A stretch of 64,000 bases of DNA from NCBI GenBank assembly GCA_964187785.1, contig OZ076416.1, positions 42,904,001 through 42,968,000 of the forward strand. The letters run 5' to 3'. Source of the stretch: Amphiscolops sp. MND2022 (taxonomy: Eukaryota). The translations under genes were made by a program, and so were the position numbers. How positions within the stretch are numbered: the first letter of the stretch is position 1; each line of letters begins with the position of its first letter. Under the pieces are notes generated by a model, which was not told the DNA's origin, searched no databases, and saw only the letters and a program-made list of their open reading frames with translations. Below, piece after piece: positions 50,311 through 60,256 of the stretch.

Positions 50311-53300
50311 CAACAGAGGTACACAACCAACAGACATCTCCACTACCGTCACCGACCTTGACAACGTACTCCAGCAACCAGAACCCTCAAGCTTTGGAAA
50401 CAGCCTTCAACCGCAACACTGCACCAGCACAACTGCACCTCAACAGCAAGCGATAATGCAAACCATACGACTTCCGCCACCGTTACCACCTCTTCTAGAT
50501 CAACAAACTTTCAACAACCATTCAGTACAGCGTCATATCTCCAACAGCGACCAGCATTTTCAGCCCACAGTCAACAACATGCTTCCCCAATTGATCTATA
50601 CATCCAACTACCATCAACCAACCTTTGACACCTTTGTTACCCACAACCCTACATACCCGCCAACTGCCTACGACATGAGGTCATACGAACCTCGTCACTT
50701 AACGCCTGCACAGCCACCTCCCAGCCACCCACAAGAACAACTACCGTTCACTCACTCCACTGGACAATTATTTAACCCCATACACAACCACTACAGTTTT
50801 TCGCAGCCCTGTACAGATGTACTTCACCCACATCAATCACAGCCAACTTACTCTACTACTATCCCGACAGCTATACCTCATCGTATGATAGACCCGTCAC
50901 ATCAACTGATAGCAAACAACGCGATCTATCCTATACCACCACTGATCCCACAATCTACTATGATTGGACCTCCGGTACCACCTCCTCCATCAACTCTATT
51001 CATGAACGATTTCTCACGACAACAGATGACCCAAACCAACCTCCGACAGACAGCCAACACTGTGCAGCAGTACTTTGGCACACCAACCATGCCAACCAGT
51101 GAAACCGTCTTCACAACTCAACCCCAGCACGGTACCAATATACCGACCGATAACAGCACCGCAACACAGCTAGAACCAACCACTACAGAACTTACACACA
51201 ACCGCCCTTCGTTGCAACCTCACCATACCTCAACTGCAGATGCCAACAATCCACCTGCTTGCATCAAATTACCACCCATTCAAATTCCCAAGTTCAACGG
51301 TGACCCATTAGCATATCACGATTGGATTAATATCTTCAAAGCCACAGTTCACACTAATCACTCTATCACACAAACACATCGCATCACCTACCTCCAAAAT
51401 TCAGTCACCGGACGAGCCAAGGACCTAATTCGTGGTTACTCCTGTAACCCGGCATTCTACGATGTAGCCCTGGCTGAGCTCCACTCTCACTTTGGCTCAC
51501 CGCAGCATGTCGTTAATGCTTACATCAAACGCTTAGAGTCTTGGTCACTCGTCACATCACAGGATCCGCACACTCTTGTGTCATTCACCACTTTCCTGAA
51601 GCAAATGGTACAGTCTTTTACCGATCTTCACTACACCGCCGACCTGCAATCCTCCACAGTTTTATCTATAGCCAAAGCTAAACTGCCACACAATCTTCTC
51701 ACAAAATGGACTGAGTACACCGTAAAGTGTGCCCTCGAAGTACCGACCCTACTTCATTTCCAAAAGTGGTTGCAAATTCAAGCTGCAGTTGTCGAAAAAC
51801 TCCAGCCATTCCTCTCCAAAGATACTTCACACAAACCAGATAGCACTGAACGAGACTTCCATCGTCCAAAGCCATCTACCTCAACTCCGAAAAAACAACG
51901 TTCCTGTCCCCTCTGTAACCAGTTGCACTTCATTGCTGCCTGCCCGCACTACCTCGAAGCATCTACCTCCGACAAACTTGCGATAGTCCGAAAACACCAA
52001 CTTTGCTTCAACTGTCTTAGATGTAGTCACCAGAAAAGTGACTGCCCGTCCCGCAATCACTGTTTTGTGCCTGGATGCAGCGCATTGCACCATACATCGC
52101 TTCATCCCGTAGATAAAACCGCCCCTCGTTCCTCGCCAACCGTTCGCAGCGCCGACACATGTAAACCCTCCTCAAACCCCGGTCGCAGTAGCGACACGAG
52201 TCAACCCAGCACTCACGCTCAGAAACTTCAGCCATCAAACAACCTACAAACTAGCCGCCGTTCTCAACAGCCGAACCGCACGAAAAGTCCCCATTTCAAC
52301 GCCACCGCTATGAATACCGATAACTCCAAACTACCCACCGATCTTTTGTCAGTTTTGCAAGTCATTCCCGTTTCAATCATGAATGGCAAACGGATCGTCG
52401 ACACTTACGCTCTTATCGATCCCGGCAGCACGGGAACATACATCGTTGAGACCATAGCAAAATCTATAGATCTGAAGACCGATAGGAAGTTCAACATGAA
52501 CGTTCAGTTCTTGAGTGCCTCTAAATCACTGCCTGTTTCTCGCACAAATTTCACAATTGCCCCATACGCTGACAACGAAAAGACATTTTCGGTTCAGAAT
52601 GCATTCTGTACTGACCATATCAATCTCCCCCCAGCTGACACTGACGAACTTAACACAATTTGCCAATCCTCACCTCACTTGCGTCACATCAAGTTCCCGG
52701 ATATCAATAACGGACACATCGGAGTTCTTCTCGGAACCGCCTGTATATCCTTCACCTATGCCCTTGAATGGATCCGAGGCTCTGCCAACTACCCTTCTGG
52801 GATCCGAACCGAGCTTGGATGGACAATTGCTGGCGAGTTCCATGTTCCACGAAGAAAGAACAGCCGTCCGATCAATTCTCTCATTTTTTACGCAACCGCT
52901 AATCTTAGTCCCGAACAATCCCTCTTCGCATCGCCCGACGTCGATTTTCTCCAACATTTCTGGAATATAGAAAAAACCGCCGTTGAACCGCAAGTTCAAC
53001 AAACCGTGAACGAAAAAGAGCAGCAAGCTCTTCGAACTCTTCAAGACACGATTCGCCATACAGGCGAACGTTACGAAATTGGTCTCCCTTGGAAACCTGA
53101 CGCCTCCCTCCCAAACAACTACTTCGCTGCATTGAGCCAGCTTCGCAGCCTTCAAAAGCGCTTGAAAGGAAAACCAGAAACACTCCAGAAGTTCAACTCG
53201 ACAATCGAAAGCGATCTACAGAAAAACTACATCGCACCAGTCATCATGACTCACCCACCGCCTGAACACATTTGGTACCTTCCAACCCATCCCGTCGAAA

Positions 53301-54862
53301 ACCCCAACAAGCCAGGAAAAGTGCGCCGCGTGGCCAATGCAGCATCGATGTTCAAAGGAACATCCCTAAATGACAATCTCCTCACCGGACCTGACCTGCT
53401 CACAGACCTCCTCGAGCTGATTCTTCGCTTCCGCGAACACGCCATTGGCGTCTTAGCAGATATCGAAGGCATGTTTATGCAAATCGCCATCCGACCAGAA
53501 GATCAATCAGCCTTGCGTTTCCTTTGGCTGGAGGACGACCTCGTCCGCCAATATCAATACACCCGATTGATATTTGGTGCCAATTGTTCCCCATGTTGTG
53601 CCATTTTCACCCTCCGGAAATGTTCCTTTGACAATTCCGATCAGTTCCCGCACGTACATGCCAGTGTACTCAAAGACTTCTACATGGATGACTTCATCAA
53701 GTCATTCCAAACAGTTGCAGATGCCCGACAACTTACAACCGACCTACGAACCGTCTTAGCTAGAGGTGGCTTCCGCCTCACTAAGTTCGCATCCAACAAT
53801 TCTTCAGCCCTAGATCACCTTCCCGAAACCGAAAAAGAAACACCTCTTGAGACTAAACGAGTCCTTGGTCAAAACTGGTCGTTGAACGACGACACCTACT
53901 ACGCCCCGCCGCCAAAACCCGTTACGACACCATCAACGTTACGCCAACTGTTCAGTCTCGTGTCTTCTATTTTCGACCCCATTGGCCTACTCGCACCTTT
54001 CGTCATTAAACTCAAAATAATTATTCAGTCACTCTGGAAACGTGGTCAGAGTTGGGATCAACAGATTCCCGATGACATTCAGCCGATCGCTGGCAAACTC
54101 GTCGCACAGTATCGCCAAATTCCTCACATCGCCGTCCCACGCCGCATTTTTCGATCAACGACGCCAGTTGATCTGCACGTTTTTACGGATGCCTCTATTT
54201 CCGCTTTTGCTGTCGTCATTTACGCCCGTCAACTGGATACCTCCGTCGACACCGTCAATCTCACCTTCGTCCTCGGAAAGAGCCGCGTAGCCCCCATCAA
54301 ACAACAAAGTGTTCCCAAGCTGGAACTTCAAGCCGCCGTTCTAGGAGTCCGTTTACTCCAAACCGTACGTAAAGCCTTCGCCACACAGTTTCAATCCGTT
54401 ACTTTTTGGACCGACAGTTGTGTGGTCCTCGATTGGATCCAATCCCGCAACAAATTGAAGAGTTTTGTCGCCAACAGAGTTGACGAAATCAGACAATCGA
54501 CATCTCCAGTTGACTGGAGATGTGTACCAACCGAATCGAACCCAGCCGATCATGGCACGAGAGGTTTAAAACCCGACGCTATCCAACAGAAATGGACTCG
54601 ACCCCCTCCATTTTTGGCCCAACCACCGCATAAATGGCCGCAACGCCGCCCTCTTCCGCCCGCCAATAGTATTTGCGCCGCCGCTAAAACAAAACTTCAA
54701 TCCGTTCTTCTGAATGTTAATCGATTTTCCTCTTGGATTCGTCTCCTTCGCTCAACCGCTCAAGTGTTCCGTTTCGTCCGCCGCCTCCGCCATCGCTCGT
54801 CTGACCACAGTCTCATCACCGATGACTTTCAACGCGCCCAGCACCTGCTTTTCCGACAATAG
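49880..54862 (+). CDS. pol: Bel/Pao gag-pol polyprotein (Gag/DUF1759-like, Cys-His knuckles, aspartic protease, RT, RNase H), ending at a premature TAG
   Basis: IKLPPIQIPKFNGDP; CPLCNQLHFIAAC, CFNCLRCSHQKSDC; LIDPGSTGT; YLPTHPV...KPGKVR, ADIEGMFMQI, FYMDD; LHVFTDAS. Confidence 0.95.
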   Translation: MPSCKLLHADLKNWPNRCQHTCLLKNWSHFSRFQPTPRFKFYKSLTKLKPCQRQNSRMPLTANLLQDLRQSNSDATNSQQHQQPQHPQLRHTGTAADPTVNNPLLQSNREATHILDMTGDELSRHLATVEDTTPPMTPDRQQHNNRGTQPTDISTTVTDLDNVLQQPEPSSFGNSLQPQHCTSTTAPQQQAIMQTIRLPPPLPPLLDQQTFNNHSVQRHISNSDQHFQPTVNNMLPQLIYTSNYHQPTFDTFVTHNPTYPPTAYDMRSYEPRHLTPAQPPPSHPQEQLPFTHSTGQLFNPIHNHYSFSQPCTDVLHPHQSQPTYSTTIPTAIPHRMIDPSHQLIANNAIYPIPPLIPQSTMIGPPVPPPPSTLFMNDFSRQQMTQTNLRQTANTVQQYFGTPTMPTSETVFTTQPQHGTNIPTDNSTATQLEPTTTELTHNRPSLQPHHTSTADANNPPACIKLPPIQIPKFNGDPLAYHDWINIFKATVHTNHSITQTHRITYLQNSVTGRAKDLIRGYSCNPAFYDVALAELHSHFGSPQHVVNAYIKRLESWSLVTSQDPHTLVSFTTFLKQMVQSFTDLHYTADLQSSTVLSIAKAKLPHNLLTKWTEYTVKCALEVPTLLHFQKWLQIQAAVVEKLQPFLSKDTSHKPDSTERDFHRPKPSTSTPKKQRSCPLCNQLHFIAACPHYLEASTSDKLAIVRKHQLCFNCLRCSHQKSDCPSRNHCFVPGCSALHHTSLHPVDKTAPRSSPTVRSADTCKPSSNPGRSSDTSQPSTHAQKLQPSNNLQTSRRSQQPNRTKSPHFNATAMNTDNSKLPTDLLSVLQVIPVSIMNGKRIVDTYALIDPGSTGTYIVETIAKSIDLKTDRKFNMNVQFLSASKSLPVSRTNFTIAPYADNEKTFSVQNAFCTDHINLPPADTDELNTICQSSPHLRHIKFPDINNGHIGVLLGTACISFTYALEWIRGSANYPSGIRTELGWTIAGEFHVPRRKNSRPINSLIFYATANLSPEQSLFASPDVDFLQHFWNIEKTAVEPQVQQTVNEKEQQALRTLQDTIRHTGERYEIGLPWKPDASLPNNYFAALSQLRSLQKRLKGKPETLQKFNSTIESDLQKNYIAPVIMTHPPPEHIWYLPTHPVENPNKPGKVRRVANAASMFKGTSLNDNLLTGPDLLTDLLELILRFREHAIGVLADIEGMFMQIAIRPEDQSALRFLWLEDDLVRQYQYTRLIFGANCSPCCAIFTLRKCSFDNSDQFPHVHASVLKDFYMDDFIKSFQTVADARQLTTDLRTVLARGGFRLTKFASNNSSALDHLPETEKETPLETKRVLGQNWSLNDDTYYAPPPKPVTTPSTLRQLFSLVSSIFDPIGLLAPFVIKLKIIIQSLWKRGQSWDQQIPDDIQPIAGKLVAQYRQIPHIAVPRRIFRSTTPVDLHVFTDASISAFAVVIYARQLDTSVDTVNLTFVLGKSRVAPIKQQSVPKLELQAAVLGVRLLQTVRKAFATQFQSVTFWTDSCVVLDWIQSRNKLKSFVANRVDEIRQSTSPVDWRCVPTESNPADHGTRGLKPDAIQQKWTRPPPFLAQPPHKWPQRRPLPPANSICAAAKTKLQSVLLNVNRFSSWIRLLRSTAQVFRFVRRLRHRSSDHSLITDDFQRAQHLLFRQ

Positions 54863-56335
54863 CAAATTGAGTCGTTTCCCTCCACGATAGCTCAATTGCA
54901 TAGTGAAGAAAGTCTTTCATCGAAAGACAAACTTTTACCATACAGCCCAGTTTTGGACGAACACGCCGTTCTGCGCTCCGCCGGTCGCCTCCAGTACGCT
55001 CCTCTTCCTTCTTCGACACGCATTCCGATCGTTTTAGACGCCCGCAATCGCATCGTACAGCTCCTCTTACAACATTATCACGCCGTCTGTCATCACGCCG
55101 GACCAGAATACGTCAAAGCGTTTCTCCAGCAGTGTTTTTTGATTTTCGGTGTCCGTTGTGCGTTGCGCACACTGAGTCACAGATGCTTCACTTGTCGTCG
55201 TTTCCGCGCGCAAAACGTAGAACCCAAAATGGCCCCACTTCCGTCATACCGTTTTCCGAGCACCGATCAACCGTTCCCGTTCGAAAAAACTGGAGTTGAT
55301 GTTTTCGGTCCCTTTTTCATCGTCAATGGCCGAAAAACCGATAAACACTATGGCATCATCTTTAACTGTCTAGTCACGCGAGCTTGCCATTTAGAACCGT
55401 GTCCTTCTCTTACAACCGACAGTTTCTTGAACGCCTTTCGACGATTCCTCGCTAGACGGGGACAACCACGCCTTTTGCGTTCCGACAATGGAACCAACTT
55501 TATTGGTGCCCGTCGTTCTCTCCAAGACAGCTTGAACGAAGGAATTCGTTATTCCAAAGACAAAATCCCGCAAGCTGCCGATATACAATGGGATTTCAAC
55601 CCACCGTTAGCCCCGCATTTCGGTGGAGCATGGGAGAGGATGATCCAGACAGCCAAGCGAACTCTTTTGATCATCCTGGGATCACAGAAGCTCACTTTGG
55701 ATTTCTTCACCACTATTTTAGCAGAAACAGAGCTGATGCTGAATTCCCGCCCACTCACTCATGTTGCCGATCAGCCGGAAAATGAAGAACCACTAACGCC
55801 CAACCACTTCCTACTGCATCGACCCTATGCCAACTTACCTCCTGGAGTTTTTGACAGCTCTGAGCAGCCGCTTTCATTTAAATCTTGGAAAGAAATTCAG
55901 AAGATGACAAACCACATATGGAAGAGGTTGCTGAAAGAATACCTCCCTACTCTTCATCCTCGAGGGAAGTGGTCGACTGCCCAACCTCAGCTACAAGTAG
56001 GTGATCTTGTCTGGATTCTACGCGATTTTACACCTCGTGGAATATGGCCTCTTGGACGAATCACAGCTACCCACCCTGGGCGAGATGGAGTTGTCCGTGT
56101 CTGTACAGTCAAGACAACCTACGGAACCTTCGATCGGCCCGCCGTTTCGCTGTCTCGCGTTTTCGCCCGTGACGGTTCGCTCCGCGACGCTACGCATCAT
56201 CTTTTTCTCCTTAGCCGCTACGTGCCCCCCTTCTTCTTCTTTGCAGCTAAGGGGGTGGAGCATGTCACTGAAGTGACTCATAACTTCACTAAACTAACTG
56301 AAGTGTTTCACGATTTTATATATAATACCTTTTGA
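54863..56335 (+). CDS. pol: Bel/Pao integrase, in frame with the upstream ORF after a single TAG
   Basis: HHAG...CFTC zinc finger; GVDVFGPF, SDNGTNF, GGAWERMI catalytic motifs. Confidence 0.93.
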   Translation, partial: QIESFPSTIAQLHSEESLSSKDKLLPYSPVLDEHAVLRSAGRLQYAPLPSSTRIPIVLDARNRIVQLLLQHYHAVCHHAGPEYVKAFLQQCFLIFGVRCALRTLSHRCFTCRRFRAQNVEPKMAPLPSYRFPSTDQPFPFEKTGVDVFGPFFIVNGRKTDKHYGIIFNCLVTRACHLEPCPSLTTDSFLNAFRRFLARRGQPRLLRSDNGTNFIGARRSLQDSLNEGIRYSKDKIPQAADIQWDFNPPLAPHFGGAWERMIQTAKRTLLIILGSQKLTLDFFTTILAETELMLNSRPLTHVADQPENEEPLTPNHFLLHRPYANLPPGVFDSSEQPLSFKSWKEIQKMTNHIWKRLLKEYLPTLHPRGKWSTAQPQLQVGDLVWILRDFTPRGIWPLGRITATHPGRDGVVRVCTVKTTYGTFDRPAVSLSRVFARDGSLRDATHHLFLLSRYVPPFFFFAAKGVEHVTEVTHNFTKLTEVFHDFIYNTF

Positions 56336-56410
56336 CTTCCATTGAGTTGTGTTCTCACTGAGAATGAGAACCATTGATAATATAAGAATTGAAAGACTCT
56401 TTCTCTTATA
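56263..56410 (+). repeat. 3' terminal repeat (LTR)
   Basis: Matches 48434-48581 at 147 of 148 positions. Confidence 0.92.
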
Positions 56411-56439
56411 GTTTTTTTACATCATCTAAGAAACTCAAA

Positions 56440-56803
56440 GGGAGTATTTTCGGCTCTGTGAGACTTTTTTTCGAAAAAAAATTTCCCAATAGGAGTCCCC
56501 CCTTCAATTTTTTTGGAGTTTTCCGACAGAACGGATGTTGAAAAATCCCAAAGGGTCCCTCCTTTCAGTTTTTTCGGCATTGAGACTTTTTAAAAAAATT
56601 TTTTTTCACCAAAAGTGCCACTCCTTCAATTTTTTCGATGATTTGCGACAGAATGGATGAAAAATTTCAAAGTGTCGCCTCTGGTGTGCCAATTCGGTTC
56701 AACTTTTGGGTTTTTCCGGTACCATAGAAGAGAATACTTGGAAGTCCTTTTGCCGTTTTTGAGCCTTAGATATGGCGCCGACTTGGGCCGTTCCCGGCTT
56801 GTT
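56440..56803 (+). mobile_element. HINE family 1, 3' part
   Basis: Ends gagccttagatatggcgccgacttgggccgttcccggcttgtt. Confidence 0.75.
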
Positions 56804-56886
56804 TCTTTATTGTCCGGTTTTTATCAGACAACAAAAAGTACTACTCAAACTCAAATATAAGTTCAGGGATTTTCTTTTCCTATGTG

Positions 56887-58050
56887 ATGGAACGCGGAAA
56901 ACGTGAGGCGTGGATATATTTCAACGAAATTGAAGTTGACGCTGTTCTGCGGGGAGAATGCAAGAAGTGCGAAGAAAGTGTGATGAATAATCTCGAGAGA
57001 CTCAAAACTCACTTGAACAAATCACCTGGACCAACTACTTCAAGAGGTTCCTAAAATGGTATTGTCAACGTTTTGTTTTGGTTCTTCGAAGCAACATGAA
57101 ATTGCCATGCAACTGACGAGGTTCATGATTGCATCCAATTTTACAGGTTTTTACAGGTTACAGTTTTTACTGGTTGAAATTCCAGAACTGAAGAAATTGA
57201 GGAAACTCTGCGCCGTGGGATAAAGATACCATGACGGTAGACAATTGTTAAACCTCTTCTTGAAGAGGTGTCTGAAAGAGAAGCAAAAAGCATGCATATT
57301 GTACAGTTATGCTCGACAGATGGTCAACAAGAACAAATGAACCCGATGTCGACATCACCATTAACACTGGGGGCAAATCATATCTCGTCAATACTGTCGA
57401 TACGTCAGGAGAACCACGTACGATAGAAAACTTGACTGGTCTTCTCCGGGTGAAATTTCAAATTAGGAAAGAGAATGGGAGAAAAATCAAATCACATCCG
57501 TTGTAACTGAAGAATTACCAGGCGTGTTTAAACCAATTGGGATTGCTTTAGACAAACTAGAAGCCGATTCAACTTTTTTGAGAGAATTTCCACTTTTTTG
57601 AGATACTCCTGATCAGTATCAATCACAAATCGCTAAAAGATGAAAGCAGTTTTTAACAAACGTTGTTCTCGCTGCTCATCTTTTGGATCCGAGGTTCCAC
57701 GGTCAGAAACTGGACGCGGTAGAAACTGAAGCATAATTGGCTCATGTAAAGACACTATTCCCTACCTGTGTCCCTGAGATAATGAAATATATAACAAAAG
57801 ACACCATCCAAAGTTATCTACAAGTTTTGAAGTATCGACGCCGACCTATGGTGGGCAGTCGGTCTTAAGCTTGATTTCAGTTTTGTGCTGTTTGAAGATA
57901 CACTATCAATGGTGTCTGTAGTTCCCTCGGCAGTTGGGATTGAAAGACATTTTCGACTTTGGGGTTGACGTATGGCAAACTAAGAAGACAATTAGGCGTC
58001 GAAACGGCTGGGAAACTTACATTTTTATACGAACCATTGAATCGTAAGCA
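56887..58050 (+). pseudogene. Decayed hAT transposase with BED zinc finger
   Basis: MERGKREAWIYF...CKKC...RLKTH (BED); LDRWSTRTNEP...VNTVDTSG (DUF659-like catalytic region); VPSAVGIERHF/STLGLTYGKLRRQLGVETAGKL (dimerisation); several stops and frameshifts. Confidence 0.82.
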
Positions 58051-59189
58051 GTTCATTATTTTTAACCGGTTATTTTTTCTGTGCGGAGCACAGTATTATT
58101 TCTGCTTTTAGGCTTTCATGTTCAATAATAGAAGCATATCTGGAATAACTAAAGACTCCCGTTTGTTTAATAATTATATAGCGCAGGGAAATTCCCAAAC
58201 AACCGAAATCACAAACAGCAGAAATTGAAAAATTGGTCTCAAACAGCAGAATATTCGTTTATGCTGCAATCTGATTGGCTAAAATTTGAAATCGAATTGA
58301 ATTCACTAAGCTGAAAACACGTGTCACATTTTGTCGGAATTCAGCTATGTTCACATACCCCTAGAGGTGCGAAGCGACGTGCCATATGGCCATGTCTCAA
58401 TGTTGTTACTTGACGAAGGGAGCAAAGTTCCATACATGTTGGCTGTAACAGCACTAAACGCTAATAGGTATGAATAGGCCCCAAAGCGCACAATCACTAT
58501 ACCAGTAATCACTGTACCAGTACCACCCCCTTCAATTCTTCTCGGACTAAAGAAAATATAACTACTAAGCGTAGACGAAGTTTTGCATTGCCATTTTAAC
58601 CTTAAGTTGGTCAGGAAAATTCTTGTTCCCAAGTTGGCCAGGAAAATTCTTGTTCCATCCAAAAATCGGGTGCTTCAACTTTAAACCGCAATACCTCCTG
58701 AACTATTCAAGTCCGAAAAACGATTTATACAGCGTTCGAAAGAGGAGCACCAAAGCTTTCAAATTAATTTTTAAACTGCTGGGCTGGGGGCCCGCTAACG
58801 AGGGCCCCTTGCGCGCAAAGTTTTTTGCGCCAAAACTTTGCACGCGTCGTGTCTCTGCTTGCTTTTCAACATGTTTCAAAACATTCTGAGGCCGCTTTGA
58901 CCCAATGTTGATACCAGTGGGTTGAAAGGGTCAGAAACGAAAATTGGGAAAATGGAAAATCTGCAGTTATTTTTTTTTTGAATTTTTTGTCTTATTTTCT
59001 GGATTTCGGAGACATCATGTCAATATTCCGTGAAAAGGCGCCTAATGCTATGCAATATTGTCTGAAAATCTTATTCAAGAGTTTGCTTTACCGTACAATC
59101 AGCTGCTGCGTTTAGAATTTGCAGAAAATGAATGTGCCAAATTTGGCTCATTGGCCAAGTTAAGGTTAATGCAGGCGAAGCTCTCGGCG

Positions 59190-59420
59190 TATGAAAGCAT
59201 AATTACGAACATTCGATCGCTTCATTTCAATGAATTCGGCGTACGAATGCATAATTAACACTCGCTCGTTTCATCGCACGAGAAACGAATTGTCGTCGGC
59301 AGCTGGGGAAAAGCTGCTTGTCGTCGGCAGCCAAGCGATGAATCTCACGCCTATACTCATTGCCGAAGAAAATATCTGAATTTTACTCGGATCGCCGACA
59401 GAAGTCGCCTGAAAAAAGTT
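59190..59420 (+). repeat. Dispersed repeat shared with ~47700-48050 (and 58530-58590)
   Basis: Shared blocks such as ttcttctcggactaaagaaaatataactactaagcgtagacgaag and aattgt(c/t)gtcggcagct. Confidence 0.6.
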
Positions 59421-59467
59421 GCATCTTTCAGATTTCTATATTATTGCTGCTATCGCAGAAATAATAA

Positions 59468-60006
59468 AACAAGACGGGAACGTCCCAAGTCAGCGCCATA
59501 TCTTAGGCTCAAAAATATTCAAGGAACAACTATTGGAAAAATTTGGAAAAAAAATTTTTTTTTCAAAAAAATTATTTTTGAATTTTTTTTCGAAAAAAGT
59601 ATTTTTTAAGTCGCACAGTGCCGAAAAACTCAAAAAGAGGCCATTCAGGCTCATTTAACGTTTTCTACAAACCGAAAACTTCAAAAAAAATGCAAGGGGG
59701 TACCCTTTGATAAATTTCAAAAATTTTCGAAAAAAGTCGCATAGTGCCGAAAAAAAACCCAAAGGGGGGACCCTTTGGTCCCACCTGTACTTTTGGAAGC
59801 ATTAAAAAATTTATGGTTTAGTGCGAGAATCGAACCCACGCTCTCCGGCTGGGTCGAAGATGGAAGATGAACAAATATGAAAGATGAACAAATTGTAAGA
59901 AAAGTGGACCACTCAGAGTGAGATTGTCAACTGAAAAAAAACAAAAAAAACTACTCACTGTAAGAGTCGGGCTTTTTTCCTTCAGGGAAAAGGCGCCGAC
60001 TAAAAA
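59468..60006 (-). mobile_element. HINE family 1 copy, ~250 bp downstream of the ALG6 stop codon
   Basis: aacaagacgggaacgtcccaagtcagcgccatatcttaggctc ... ggcgccgactaaaaa. Confidence 0.75.
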
Positions 60007-60256
60007 TAACTCACAGAGTAACAACACACTCAAATTATTGGAACTTTCGGGCAAGAATATTTTAATTAAGCAAAGCTTTCGGTGACGGTTAACAGACATT
60101 TCTAGATAAGAACAAAAATATCGCAGCATAACTGCATCTCTTGACAATACTCATCGCTCGAACATGGATAACTCATTCAAGTTGATAAATAAATATATTT
60201 TAACGAATTACCAAAACATCCATTAATCTCAAAAATATAAAATTATATCACAGCAA

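Larger units (their letters stand above)
48434..56410 (+). mobile_element. Young, nearly intact Bel/Pao LTR retrotransposon
   Basis: 148-bp terminal direct repeats with 1 mismatch, flanked by GTTTT on both sides; PPT aagggggtggagca; gag-PR-RT-RH-IN domain order. Confidence 0.95.
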
